Of a stretch of DNA of 64,000 nt, positions 34,261-48,050 are shown piece by piece. The stretch comes from Antechinus flavipes (taxonomy: Eukaryota): assembly GCF_016432865.1 (NCBI RefSeq), contig NC_067399.1, positions 124,496,001 through 124,560,000 on the forward strand, in the 5' to 3' direction. Position numbers and translations under genes: made by a program. The first letter of the stretch is position 1. The number at the start of each line of letters is the position of its first letter. The notes beneath the pieces are model-generated. The model saw only the letters and a program-made list of their open reading frames with translations. It was not told where the DNA came from and did no database searches.

Positions 34261-37200
34261 GATTATGGAGTCAAAAAGACCTACATTGAAATCCTGCCTC
34301 AGACACTATCAATGTGAACTTCTTTTCCAATAAGAAAGTTTGGTTCATTCTTTTTAATGAGCCAGCAATTAATATTTTAGAAACCAATTCAATTATAATC
34401 TATTTGACAAATATATACTGAGTATCTACTATATGTTCAATCCTCCTGGGACATTTAAATAACATTATAAGACTAATCCTTGGACTATACTCAGAAACCA
34501 TTCTTATTTTCTGACAGCCACTACATATGGATTTTTAAAGCTATCATTATTATCTGGAGAAAGACAGTCATAGACAGACATAAGTCAAAGACAGACAGAA
34601 TGAAAAGGAATGTAGCATAATAGAAAAAGTACTAGATTTGTAGTTAAAGGAAGCAATCTGGATTTGAACCTTGGCTCTATTATTTACCTGTGTGAACTTG
34701 GATAAATTATCTAACCTTTCTAGGCCTTAGTAAGCTTCTCAATAAAATGAAAGCACAAGTTTAAAAGTTGTTAAGGATTATTCCAATTATAGATTCTGTG
34801 ATTCTATAATTGTCTCTATTCCATAATTCAATTTCATCAATATTTAAAGAGGCAAAGTTTAGGTTGGAGGTGGCCCTTGTTATCTCTGGCTTTATTAGCC
34901 CAGAATGGGGATAAAACCTACAGAAAACTATACAATACAATATTATGTGATAAGGGCACTAGAGAGAGATTCAAAGAAGATACTTATGAGACCTGAAGAA
35001 GAAAAGGTCATTACCAAACAACAAAATCAGTGAAAGAATTCTAGTTGGGATGAGGCAGGATTGAGTTGGACTCAAAGGCACAATTTAGAATTCAGAGAGG
35101 AAAGATTAAGAAGGAAAAATTCCCAAATCATAAAAAGAGGCTTTAGCAAAAACAAAGAAACTAGAAGACAACAAAGTGCTAAGTTGTGGAAGGAAGCACA
35201 GAATCCTGAGGGAAAGCAGAGGCTCTCACCATTTCCTGGATCCATGAAAGTTTTTAAGAGATCAGCACCTATGAGGTCAATTATGCCTTCACAGCAGATG
35301 TGTAATGATAGCTCACTCAGACTCACCAGGCAAAAGTTTAGTCAAAGATGGGTAAACACACATTTCCAGGACACTTAGAGAGTCATCTTATCATCCTGTC
35401 TGTGATGAATCACCCTTGAGTGCATCTGGGATGATTTCTAAAGCAGATGTGTGTCTGTGCATGCATATTTGTGTGTATGCATGCAATAGCTTAATTGTAA
35501 GGATTCACTGCTAAGAGGCAAACAAAAGCAGTCTGAGTACTCCAGGAGAAAAAAAAATGAAAGCTCCTGAAAATAGTTGTGACCCAGAGTAGAGCTGGTT
35601 CTGAGAGTACAGGGAATAGTAGATCAAAGGGTAATAAGGGTGTCTAACAGGAGGAGAAGGTAGTTAGAGAAAACTAATTTCAGAAGACCAACAGAGACAC
35701 AGGGATGGAGAGTTTGATGCAAACATAAAATTACCTTTGATGGATTTTTATTCAAAATGATACCAATAACCTCTCTGTCAACAATTCAAAGCTATAGAGA
35801 AAAAGACTGGTATTTCTATTCTGATTCTTCATGGATGATGAGGCTGGGAAATGGAAGGGAAGATGAAGAGTAGAGGAAATTTAGCCTAGACAAAACACAG
35901 CAGTATTTAAAACTTGAAAGAGAATTTTTTTTAAAGAATTGAACAAGACCTCAGAGATTGTTTAGTCAAAGTATCCCCCTTTGGAGATGGGGAAACTGAA
36001 GCCTAGCCTAATCTGTCCAAGTCACTTAAACTTGGTAGGAACACGAGACCAAAAGCTAGATATATAAGTAAGAGAGGAAAACCAGGGTTTTATCCCAAAG
36101 TACTCAGTATAGATGGTCTTATGGAATATTATTCTTTCCCATGATGGTCCTCTCACTCACCAATTCCTGGCCAAGTTACACAATTTTTCCTATTTTCTCA
36201 TCCCAACCTGCTCTATATCTCCCCTTTTTCCAACTTAACTGTGCTCAAAAAGGACAGACTTTCTTCCAAATGAAGTTTTACTAGATGCCAGAATTTATAG
36301 TTAAAGATCTCTCAACCTCTACCTGATCTAATCAAGATACCATTACAATAGGTAGGTAGGTAGATAGATAGATAGATGTAGAATATTACAATATACTAAG
36401 ACTGCATCCCATAGATTTCTTATAGCTCCGGGAAGAACTTAAGAGTAGTCTGACCTCATTATGCCAAATAGAAATTTCAAGACTCTCAGGTGACCAAAAT
36501 CCAAGTAGATTATCATGCTGGCCAAAACTAGACTCTGTTCCTGCAATCTGGATTAACAATTGCCTAACATACCCATAGTCCATGTCCTTTTGGCTTTAGC
36601 AATGATTCTGTAGCTCTCAAGGTTAACCTGATAGTATGTCACTATTATACTGATTGTCATCAGACTTTATTAGGAGAAATACAGGAAAGAAGCAGGAAGC
36701 TTCAGCCTTAAGGTCAGAAGTATAAACAAGAACTTCGTGCTCTCATTTGTTGACAGTGAAGGTAGAAAATCTGCTAGGATACTGATGGCCAAACTGATAT
36801 GTTAGTTGGCAGCTTTATTTTTATTATTTGATACACAATTGCTATGAAACTAAGATGCCTTTCTCTAGATAAACTCATCACTTCTAAACTCACTACCACA
36901 TTGCTAACTCTAATCTTAACTGAGTCCACCTCCCTCAACCTCCTGTCCCCTTCTTAATTTGAGGCCTGAAGGAAAGAGTAACACCTCTTCTCAATGCTTT
37001 CCTTCAAAGAGGGCAGAAATTGAACTTTAACTCCACTTTGCATGTGCTGTTCTATCTGGTATCAACTCCCTGGAACAAGATGGCCCCATAACAGAAACCC
37101 CTGGTGTCCAGCTTTCCCCCTTTCCCTTCTTCCTGCTTTCTTGCCTCCTTTTGTGTGATATTAATTCCTTATAATCTAAGTTCCTTGGGGACAAGGACTG

Positions 37201-37639
37201 TCTTTTTATTAATTGCCTTCCCACATATAGTACTTTTTTTTGGCACATAGTAGGCACATAATAAATACTTATTGGATTAAATAAGCTTGCTTGTCTTTAA
37301 GTTTACCCACATTTCCTACCATAGAAAGAAGCACAAATTTAGGCATAGACATTGCTAACCTTCAGCAACATTTTCAACTTATTTCTTTTTGTTCTATTGC
37401 TCCAAGATCCTTTTAATCAAAAGCAACATTCCCCCTCAGGTAACCTTTTCTTTTCCATCTCTATAATGCATTTATATATTATTGGGCATTGCAGTTCATT
37501 GAATCATAGTCTCATACCTCTAGAGTTGAAAGAGACCTGAGAAACTATCTAATTCAATGCCATTATTATATATATGATGAAATCAAAACTAAAAGAGCTT
37601 AAATGACTCACCAAAAGCATTATAGGGAGGGAATGACAT

Positions 37640-38290
37640 CTGTGACATGGGTCGTTGAGATCCTTAATACTCAAAGGATATCACACTAACAAACTACACA
37701 GGAAAAGCCAGATGGATGAAGATAGATTTGTCAAGTCTAAAGTTTACAATTCCATGGGCAATCCATTGATTTAATCCATTAATACAGATATTTTTGATAG
37801 GCACTCTAGACATAAGCTAGGGCCAAAACTGAACAAGAGCAAGAGAGTTGAATAAATTTCTTTTAAGAAATTGTGTATTGCTTTGAATAGTCCTAAGCCT
37901 CGCCCCAACACAACAATCCATCTTTTACTCACCAGTGTTTTCTTAACAATACTGAATGAGAATGCATCTTAGAACACAACAAACTAAAAGAATCAAAGTT
38001 GTGAAAAGTTCAAAGAATACTGGAAAGAAGCACACTGGGGAAAAAAATCAGTAGCATTATATTATAACAATGACCCATATGCTAGAGGTATAGTGAAGAG
38101 CAGGAACATCATCCAGGAAATATGTAATCAGAAAAGGAGGTAAGTCAATATCAAGAGCAAAGAATAGCCAATAGAAAACATGGCTGTTTACTAGCACTCA
38201 CAAAATGTACAAGGATTTGGATCCTAGAAGATTAATAGCATGTTGACCAGCCTTTCTGTAGGAGAGCTATAGGACAATATGGAATAGGAG
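37640..38290 (+). mobile_element. RTE LINE, ORF C-terminal fragment
   Basis: 'acataagctagggccaaaactgaacaagagcaagagag..ttaagaaattgtgtattgctttgaatagtcctaagc..gaacatcatccaggaaatatgtaatcagaaaaggagg' follows the RTE ELGPELNRR..FGKL..DII.E..K.WAGH pattern, degenerate. Confidence 0.65.
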
Positions 38291-39028
38291 AAGGTAGGCA
38301 CCGTTTCTTTCTTTTTTTTTTCTTTCCTTGATTTTGGTAGTTTTTCAACCCTAATGTCTAGGATAATACCTGCTATATTGTGATAAATATTTTTTGATTA
38401 ATTGATTAAATCATCATAATCACAAAAGAGAAGATATGGATAGGTTGTAATTTGAACTAGCGGAGAGCACTCACATTTATGAAATCATGAATCCATTAAG
38501 ATATACTTATCAATGTCTGTCTCTTATTTTCTTATTAAACTTTAAACTCCTTTAGATGAGAGAATTCAACATATAGTGAAATGCATTTGATGTGGAATTC
38601 AAGGATTGGAAGTTAAATCCCAGCTCTGTGATTTGCTATGTATGTGTCACTTTATTTCTATTTAACTCATTTATAAAATTAGAGTTGAACTTGATATTGA
38701 AGGTCATTTCCAGTTTAAAATCTACTCAACCTTTATATTTTCTCTAATTTGGGGAATGGGGTTCTATATACAATTGTTATTGTTGTTTGTTTTTCATTCT
38801 TGAAGAGGACCATGATATCAACAAGTGAGAGAGGACTGTAGTCAACTAATAAATGTCCACCAAATTGTTTGATTGGTTGAATTGTCTGCTCAATTAATTC
38901 ATTAATAATTAAGCATTCCAGGATTTCTTGAAAGGAAATAATTTTTATATAACATAGGGATGTGTCCCTCAAAATTATGTCACTGACAACAATATTGAAA
39001 GCTTGAGAGATTACCATTCAGAGAGGGA

Positions 39029-39428
39029 TGTAGAGGGCTGAAACTCTAAAAAGGTGTGCTTGAATCAGACAGCAGAGCACTTAAGGCTAATTATCTATTC
39101 ATTGTGAGATAATGGCTCTATAAGCTTATATTTAGATGATATGGTAATGTGATAGCTTTCCTCATGATTGGCACTTGCTGAATGTTTGGTAGTGAGGTAA
39201 TCATAGGCAAGGATTGGAGGGCTGAGGGAGAGTGGTCAGGGTCATTTGGTGACAGGACAAGGAGGAGAGAGGCTGGAGACTCTGGACTCCAGAATCCATA
39301 CTACATCTTTGGCAAGCCACGTGACAGCTTGCCTGCCTCCTCCACTTCTCTTCCTAAAGACCAAGGACTTTGATTGATCCTGATTCTGACTGATCCTGAG
39401 GCCCTCGGGAGCTAGCGTGGACATTACA
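39029..39428 (+). mobile_element. Solo LTR (400 bp, class II-like) with 6-bp TSD
   Basis: TGTAGAGGGC..GACATTACA termini; flanks GAGGGA / GAGGGG (5/6); similar in body to the LTR at 29371-29620; several CpGs retained. Confidence 0.85.
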
Positions 39429-39814
39429 GAGGGGTGAGTAGGTATGCACACTAACTTTTGATATGCTATATCAGTCTAAGTATGCTACCCCATTCATATT
39501 TGTGTGCATATGGAAAGAGGAGACAAAAGGGCAAAAGGATCTGAAAAGGTATTGTCCAAAAAATTTCATGGGATTGTTATTAAGAATCAGATTTAGAAAT
39601 GAAAGATTTTATCTGTCTTCTCATTTTTCAGACAAGGAAACTAAAGCCCAAAGAGGCTAGATTTAAATAATTTGCTCACATGGGTAATTAGCAGTAAAGT
39701 TAGTATTCAAGCCCAGCTCTAAATCTAATACTCTTTCCATTATACTAAGTTGATATTGTAGAATGAACTAACTTTCACTATATGGACAAGTCACATTTAA
39801 AGGGGATATGGGCC

Positions 39815-40064
39815 CAGTGGTATGCTAGTAAATATTTAACAATTGGGTATTCAAAAAAAAGAATAAACATGACATACTTTAAAATTTGATCGCTGTTTAA
39901 TATTTTCCATCAATTTCTTAAGGCTAGACAAGGCTAGATTTGAGGTGATTGCCAATATTTGAGGTATACATTTATGCTATTTAATATTACAATATAAAAT
40001 ATAAAATTTAACCATCAGCTGTCTCTCAAAGTAGTCAGTTGCAGCTGGTTCCAGCATAATGCTG
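39815..40064 (+). mobile_element. Old non-autonomous hAT-type DNA element
   Basis: Imperfect TIRs cagtggtatgctag / ccagcataatgctg; same family pattern as 25155-25330; 'gatatgg' on both flanks. Confidence 0.5.
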
Positions 40065-41087
40065 GATATGGTATTATATAAATTCAAAATGTAGCTTTAT
40101 TTTATACCAACCATTAAGCTATCTGCCTTCCCTCTCCATGATTCTAGAATACTAACAAGTGTTCTTAGATGATTTTTGATGGTGAGTATCCAAATGTTTG
40201 GATAGCTTTAATTTTCATCTCATGATGAATTGAATTTAAAGAGAAGGAAATCACTGATCCATTGTAGTTTATTTTAACTAGCTTAGATAATGTATCTGGG
40301 ATACAATAAGGATGCAATAAATCCCGACTCACAATCCATGTAACTTCCTATGCATGGTTTAAGTGAAGGATCTGTATACTTAACAACAGAAGATGCAGAT
40401 TTGGATCCCATCCTGACTTATGATCCACACAACTGGTCCCTTCTCTCTGAGTCTCAGTTTCCCACTCTGCAAAACAAAAATAACTCTTGCATTATTAAAC
40501 CTTCAATTGTTGTGAATATCCAATAAGATAACATACACAGGACTTTGGGATTTTCAAAGTGTGATGTGCTCTTATTCTTCTGACTTCAGAGGAAACCCAG
40601 TAGGATGCCCAGAAGTCCATGACTTCAGCATTCTTTCTAACAAATGCCTGTCAGGCAGTCAGCTTTGAATAGGAAATAAACTCCGCCATGGGCTGGAGGG
40701 AGACTTTCATCTGTGCATGACCACAACTGCTGTGAAGGTTAAAGAACAGTACTCTGTCTGCCAGAGGGGTTTTGCTATATGGCAATCTTCTTGAAGGAAA
40801 TAAAAGAGGAGATGGAGTAGCTTGAACTGCAACTAAGAATGTGCTCATTTTTAACAGCAGAGGATTAAAAAACAATTTCACACCCAGTAAATATGGTGTA
40901 ACTAATAGGATTTCTCTTTGGGGACCTCAACCAGGACTCCCACTCCAAGGTCTACAATCAGCCTCATTTCATTCTGGAGTGTAGAAACTGCTAAACTTCT
41001 GTTGGATTTCCGAATTACTTTCTTTTGGGTATCTTTGAGAGTATAGTATCCTAGAGGTGAGAGGTATATGCTCTTATAAAAGAAACT

Positions 41088-41555
41088 TACATGAACTGAT
41101 GCTAAGTGAAATGAGCAGAACTAGGAGATCATTATACACTTCGACAACGATATTGTATGAGGACATATTTTGATGGAAGTGGGTTTCTTTGACAAAGAGA
41201 CCTGAGTTTCAATTGATAAATGACGGACAGAAGCAGCTACACCCAAAGAAAGAACACTGGGAAACGAATGTGAACTATCTGCATTTTTGTTTTTCTTCCC
41301 GGGTTATTTATACCTTCTGAATCCAATTCTCCCTGTGCAACAAGAGAACTGTTCAGTTCTGCAAACATATATTGTATCTAGGATATACTGCAACATATCC
41401 AACATATATAGGACTGCTTGCCATCTAGGGGAGGGGGTGGAGGGAGGGAGGGGAAAAATCAGAACAGAATGAGTGCAAGGGATAATGTTGTAAAAAAATT
41501 ACCCTGGCATGGATTCTGTCAATATAAAGTAATTATTAAATAAAAATTAAAAAAA
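41088..41555 (+). mobile_element. Young 5'-truncated L1 insertion with intact TSD
   Basis: ORF2 end plus 3' UTR nearly identical to 20450-20930; poly(A); 10-bp TSD AAAAGAAACT at 41078-41087 and 41556-41565. Confidence 0.95.
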
Positions 41556-41814
41556 AAAAGAAACTCTCTAATAATGGGAAAGACAACTTTTTTTTAAATG
41601 ACTTTGTTAAGTCAAAGGCAAATCAATTGCTTTATAGATAAGTATGACATTTCCCCTAAAAGACCAAGCTAACAAGGCAGAAGAACTGCTAAATTCAGGC
41701 AAAGTTTTTCATTAAATACTATTTATCAGAACCAGTGAGATCCAAGAACAAGAGAATTGGATTTTGAAGTCACAAAAATTTCATCAACTACTTAGTAGCT
41801 GTATGACTCTGGCC

Positions 41815-42200
41815 AAGAGAGAAGGTGGGAAAGAGGGAAATAGGAAGGGATGGAAATGGAGGAAGAGGGGGAGGGAGGGAGAGGGAAACATAGAAAGACA
41901 GAAACAGAGATAGAGAGACAGTAAGAGACAGAGAGAAAGAGAGAGATGAAGAGGAGAAGGGAGGGAGGAAAGAAGAATGAGGAAGAAGAGAAAGAGAAGA
42001 AGGTAGAAGAGAGAAGGAGACAGAGAGACAAAAAAAGGAGGGAGAAATAGAGAAACAGAGAGACAGAGTGACAGAATGAGACAGAGTAAGAGTGAGAAGA
42101 AAGAGAGAGAAACAGAGACAGAGAAAGAGAGACAGATAGAAACAGAGAGTGAGAAGCAAGAGACAGAAACAGAGACAGAGACAGAGGAAGAGAGAGATTG
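41815..42200 (+). repeat. GA-rich low-complexity tract
   Basis: ~385 bp of near-pure purine GAGA/GAGACA/GGAG units. Confidence 0.95.
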
Positions 42201-43029
42201 TACTAAGAATCCCTCCAGCTTAAACAACCAGTGAGAAAGATGAGTGGCTCATCTTGCCCCCATAGCCCCACCAAAATTCAATGAAGCTAAATGTGATGAT
42301 ACATATCTGAAATACAAAAAAGTACAATATAAATGCAAGATATTGCACCCTAGCTGGCATATTTGTCACAACTTTATATAGTGAAAAGAATAGTCTTCAT
42401 TCTGGATTCCACTTTCTTTTCCAATGCTATTTTCAACTTTTTGTACCTCTGTAGCCTTGTTTATATCACTCCTGAGCCATGTAATCCCCACTACCAAAAT
42501 CTGAGCAGTCTTGAAGACCCAATTTAAATGTCACCACTTCAATGAAGGCTTCAATGAAGCCTTCTCTTAAACCCCCATCTAGACGTGGTCCCTCCTTTTC
42601 CTAGCACCTCCTCTGATCCTCTCCTCTGATACTTTTCATGGGCATCCATAATCGCAATAACTTTCTTATTGACAATATTCTTTCACAATAATACCACTTT
42701 GAGAAGACTCATCTTCCTGAGTTCAAATCTAATCTTCAACACTTACTGTGTGATCCTGGAAAAGTCACACACCCCTGCTTCTATCTTCAGAATCTATGAT
42801 TTTACTAAATGAAAAACAGCATCTATAGAATGCTATAGAGCAATGCTAGAATGAGGAAAGGTGAAAAGGAATGGGATATCTTTTCTTTTTGCATTCCATT
42901 GCTCCATCTCTGAACAATTGCAAGCAACTCCAGGCAGCAGCTTCTCACACCCAACCAAATAAACCTTCTTCCCCAAAAAGCCTTTTTTGTGACTGTTGAA
43001 TCTTTTCAGTAATGTCTGATTCTTTGACA

Positions 43030-43215
43030 TACCATTTGGGGGGTTTTCTTGTCAAAGATTCTAGAGTGATTTGCCATTTCCTTCTCCATCTCATTTTGCA
43101 GAAGAGGAAACAGGCACACAGGATTCAGTGACTCATCCAGAATCACATAGCTAGTAGGTGTCTAAAGGACAGATTTGACTTCAGGAATTTGAGTCTTCCT
43201 GATTCCAAGCCTGCC
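43030..43215 (-). mobile_element. MAR1 SINE
   Basis: 'tttggggggttttcttgtcaaagattctagagtgatttgccatttccttctccatctcattttgcagaagagg..aatcacatagctagtaggtgtct'. Confidence 0.8.
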
Positions 43216-44709
43216 TCCATACAAGGCACAAAGTGACATGAAAGCTGGGAAACATGCTCAGGACACTAGTGATAGAAAGCATATTCATTGGTTATGAAGT
43301 CACAAGTCAAGGATTCAGGGCTCAGCTCCACTATTTATTCTTGAATGTCCTCAAGCACATATTCTATATCTTAATTGCCTTATCTGTAAAATCAAATAGT
43401 TGCCCATTAAAATCCCTTCCATCTTAAATCCTTATCAAGCTCTAACCATGATTCTATCTTGGTTTCACTCTTTCTTCCCTCACTTCAAGTCTTCAGCCAA
43501 ATTCTAAGACTGTTGGGCATTTTAAAGCCAGTTTGAGTTGATTCTGGCACATTCATAGCAGTTCTGTGAATCCAAATTTCACCATACCATGTCTTTTCAA
43601 CAAACAGTGAGAAGCCACCAACTCTAGTATGAAGGCAGATTAGAAAACAAAGAACTTTGTGAATATAATCTGTCTCACCTGTGAATGCCAGTTTCCTTTC
43701 TCACTCAGGCTTTTTCTTTACAAATCAGTTTCTAGGGTCCTTGAATATTAACTTTCTGGTTTTGCTCTCCCCAAAGGCTACTACTTGTGACTTGTAAAAT
43801 CTCCCAAATGGGAAGGGAAATGACACTTACTTTTCAGTGAGCCTCAGACCTCCCTCTGAGAGAGCTTCATTATGTTCTGTTAGATACAGCTATTACTGCT
43901 GCCTTTCTTCTGACCTGGGATATTTCTTTATAGGCTCTTTCACAGGGATTCAATTGCTCCTCATTTCTATGATCGATGTTATAATACTCACATGAATTCC
44001 AAGCAATCAGGGAAGTTTGACGCACATGCAAAATTACCTGTGATAGATCTTCATTCAGAAGTCTATCAATTACCATCCTGCCTCCAATGAGAGATCTAAG
44101 GAAGAAGCCATCATTTCCTCCCCAATGATCCAAAGCTAATTAGCTTCTCAGAGCCTGTTCTATGGTTTTATAAGGATTCTGGCCAAATACTGAGATCTGT
44201 TCCTACTTATGACGAAAATATTATCACTGCACAGGTCCTAATCTTGACTAAAGCAATGGCCTGCCTCCATATTTAAACCATAACTCGCACTATAGGGCAG
44301 TGTAATAGGAAAAACTCTGCTTCTGGTTTGGAGAATTGGTCCTGCATTGCATTAGCTATGTGATCCTGGGCAAGCCACTTGCCTTCTCCCTTCCTCAGCT
44401 ATAAAATATTGGGGAGAGGAGAATAACATGGTCTCTTAAATTCCCTTTCCGATTTAATCTATCATTCTGATGCCTATTATCCTCCACAATGGTAAACATC
44501 TCTCTTGAGCCTTCATCTCTCTGTTTTATGTCTTAAACTTGATACTAATAACCAGAGATTATATTAGATAACATTTCTATTGTGCTGTATCCTTCACAAA
44601 ACCTTAATTCATAACAACCCAGAGGAAGATATACAAAGTTTAATGGAAAAACTGATGGTCAGGGAGATTTTATCTCTTTTGAAATTTCTTAAATTTTGCA
44701 TTTATATTC

Positions 44710-45605
44710 TTTTGTAATAATAGCTTTTTTATTTTTCAAAATATATGCAAAATAGTTTTCAATATTAACTCCTGCAAAACCTTCTGCTCCAAATTTTTTC
44801 TCCCTCTCTTCCCTACCTCCTCCCTCCCCTACATGGCAAGTAATCCAATATAGGTTTAAAATGTGCAATTCTTCTAAACATATTTCCACATTTGTCATGT
44901 TGCACAAGAAAAATCATCTCAAAAAGGAAAAAAATGAGAAAGAAAAAAGACAAGCAACCAAACAACAACAACAAAAGCAGTGAAAAAAACTATGTTGTGA
45001 TCTATACTCAGTCCCCATAGTCCTCTCTCTGAATGTAGATGGTTCTCTGCATCACAAGACCATTGGAATTGGCCTGAAACACTTCATTGTAGTAAAGAGT
45101 TCATCAGAACTGATAATTATATAATTTTCTAGTTGCTATGTACAATGTGCTCTTGGTTCTGCTCACTTCAGACAGAATTAGTTCATGTAAGCCTCTCCAG
45201 CCTCTCTGAAATCATACTGTTGGTCATTTCTTATAGAAAAATAATATTCTGTTATAGTCATATACCATAACATATTCAGCCATTCTCCAACTGATGGGCA
45301 TCCACTCAGTTTCCAATTCCTTGCCACTGCAAAAAGAGCTGCCAAACATTTTTGCACACATGAATTCTTTCCCCTTTTTTATGATCTTTTTAGGATACAG
45401 ACCCAGTAGGGACGCTGCTGAATTAAAGGGTATGCACACAATTTTATAGCCCTTTGAGCATAACTCCAAATTGCTCTCCAGGATGGTTGGATCAGTTCAT
45501 AATCCCACCAGCAGGATATTAACATCCCAGTTTTCCCACATCTCCTCCAACATTTATCATTGTCCTTTTCTGTTATCTTCGCCAATCTGAGAGATATGAA
45601 TTGGT
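44710..45605 (-). mobile_element. L1 3' fragment
   Basis: ORFs 45379-45585 (NDKCWRRCGKTGMLISCWW) and 45224-45469 are frameshifted L1 ORF2 C-terminus; 3' UTR and T-rich tail at ~44710. Confidence 0.9.
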
Positions 45606-45959
45606 AGAGAGATTTTTTCTCAGTGAGAATATCTTTTTATCATTAATGGCTTTATAAAAATATACACCTTTGTAATAGCAAAACTCAGGAAGATTAAGTA
45701 AATTACCCAAGGTCACAAAGTAAGTTAATATCAGAAGATGTTAGAGGGAATTATAAAATAAAGCAATCAGAAAAAGTTTTGAACAGAAGATGGTAGCTGA
45801 ATTAAGCCTTGAAAGCAGAGAATTCTAGGTTTGGAGAATCATAAGTGAAGAAGTTAAGGAAGAGAGAGATGTCCCTATTTGGAAATAACATTGTGTTGCT
45901 ACATTAAGCCTCAAAATTCTATTAGGGATTCCTCTAGGAGATTCACTCAAAAGATATCT

Positions 45960-47225
45960 ACACAAGAAAAACCAAATGGATGAAAATGCTTAGTATCCAG
46001 TCTACAACATAGTTAATTCAGCAACCTACAGAATTATATGAACAGCATATATCTTAGGCAGGAACTGAAAATGAGAGATGAATTAGTTCTAGGATTAAAT
46101 AAAAAGATAATGGACTGAACAGCATTTGAGAAATTATGTAGTACTTTCAACAATCTCAAATTATCCCCACCCACAATTATTGATTTTTTTATGATTAAGT
46201 ATTTTTTAATTATAGCTTTTTATTTACAAGATATATGCATGGTTATTTTTTAGTATTGACAATTGCAAGACTTTTTGTTACAATTTTTCCCCTCCTTCCT
46301 CCCATCTCCTCCCCCAGATGGCAGGTTGACCAATACATGTTAAATATGGCAAAGTATATGTTAAATACTATATATATGTATATATGTATACATGCCCATG
46401 CAATTATTTTGCAATACAAAAAAAAATTGGACTTTGAAATAGTGTATAATTAACCTGTGAAGGAAATCAAAAATGTAGGCAGACAAAAATAAAAGGATTG
46501 GGAATTCCATGTAGTGGTTCATAGTCATTTCCCAGAGTTTTTTCCCTGGGTGTAGCTGTTTCAATTCATTACTGCTCTATTGAAACAGATTTGGTTCATT
46601 TCATTGTTGAAGAGAGCCATGTCCATCAGAATTGATCATCATATAGTATATAATGATCTCCTGGTCCTGCTCATTTCATTCAGCATCAGTTCATCAGGCC
46701 TTTCTGAAATCATCCTGTTGGTCATTTCTTACAGAACAATAATATTCCACAACATTCATATACCACATATTTATATATTTATTCAGCCATTCTCCAATTG
46801 ATGGGCATCCACTCAGTTTCCAATTTCTGGCCATTACAAAAAGGGCCGCCACAAACATTCTTGCACATACAGGTCCCTTTCCCTTCTTTAAGATCTCTTT
46901 GGGATAGAAGCCCAGTAGTAACACTGCTGGATCAAAAACTATGTACAGTTTGATAATTTTTTGGTGCAATTACTAATTGTTTTAACATTATTTTCCTGAT
47001 GATTTTTTAGAAGTGAATTTAGAAATGAAAATTGCAGCTTCCAAAAATATCAAAAGCATGGGTAATCCAAAGAGCAATCGATAGAAAATCGACTTCCTAC
47101 CAACAATGACTTGTATCCTCAGAAGGTCCTTCATGTTATTGGCAAATATTTGTGCAAATAAAGTAGCATAAAAGATGTCATGGAAGTATGTGTAGACTGG
47201 TCATGTGCCAAGAGTGTGGAATAAC
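45960..47225 (+). mobile_element. RTE LINE fragment split by an L1 insertion (RTE parts ~45960-46185 and ~46967-47225)
   Basis: 'ttaggcaggaactgaaaatgagagatgaattagttctagg..gcatttgagaaattatgtagtactttcaac' and 'aaaagatgtcatggaagtatgtgtagactggtcatgtgccaagag' RTE C-terminal pattern. Confidence 0.55.
46186..46966 (-). mobile_element. L1 3' fragment inserted in an RTE
   Basis: ORF 46694-46969 is L1 ORF2 C-terminus (FDPAVLLLGFYPKEILKKGKGPVCARMFVAALF); degenerate TSD caattattgatt (46174-46185) / caattactaatt (46967-46978). Confidence 0.9.
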
Positions 47226-47739
47226 AGATAAAGAGTCCAAGCATTGTGTTAGTCAGTCAATATTTATTGTGTACCATGTCCCAGGCACTGGGCTAACCCC
47301 AGTCAAAATGAAGAAAGAAAACATTACATAGACAAGGATGATCAAGGAAAATCCTCAGAGTAGGAAGAAAATTTCTTTCTAGGCCATAGGGGTCACAGTA
47401 GTCAGTGTTATATATAATACTTAAAGATTTCCTTCTCCAACTCATTTTACTGGGATAAGGAAATTGAGGCAAATCAGGTTCAGTGACTTAACCAGAGTCA
47501 CACAATCTAATAAATGTCTGAGGCCAGATTTGAATTCAGGAAGGTGAGTAGTCCTGATTCCCAAACCAGTCCACTTTACCACTTAGCTGACCCTACATTA
47601 GGGATATGGAGATGATGGGGGAAATTCTATTCTAGAAATGGAGGACAAATATCCTATGGAAAGAAATGGAGAGGGTAAAGAGATGGGTATTATATGATGC
47701 AGAATAGGAAAAGGGTAAAGAAATATCGTCTTCCCTTAA

Positions 47740-48050
47740 GCATCAGGAAGAGGAAGGTGAACTATTTAAAGAGATGAAGATAAAATTTGGGAGTAGAATC
47801 AGAAGAGAGTAATGACATGGAAATTTGGGAAAAGAGATTGTTCATAAACAGGATGGTCAATAGCATCAAATAAAGAATAAAAATGATACTGAATATGGCA
47901 TTTCAGAGAGCAGTTTGAGTAGTGGTGGGACAGAAGCAGCAGAGGAAAGAATAGGATAGTGAGGTAGTGGAAACAATGAATGTAATTTTTTCTTTTTATG
48001 ATTTTCATAATGAAGGGCAAGACAGCTGTAGAATGATAATTTGGGTAGAT
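47740..48050 (-). mobile_element. L2 fragment
   Basis: 'gagagtaatgacatggaaatttgggaaaagagattgttcataaacaggatggtcaatagcatcaaa' resembles the reverse L2 RT region (ORF 47799: FYSLFDAIDHPVYEQSLFPNFHVITL). Confidence 0.55.

Noticed and set aside
35327-35437. Possible minus-strand exon (TAG acceptor at 35438, CTG|GTGAGT donor at 35326)
   Set aside because: Weak pyrimidine tract and stops in all three frames; no evidence without RNA data.
40688-40720. Strong Kozak context GCCGCC-like 'tccgccATGG'
   Set aside because: The ORF is only 10 codons, with no donor or promoter features.
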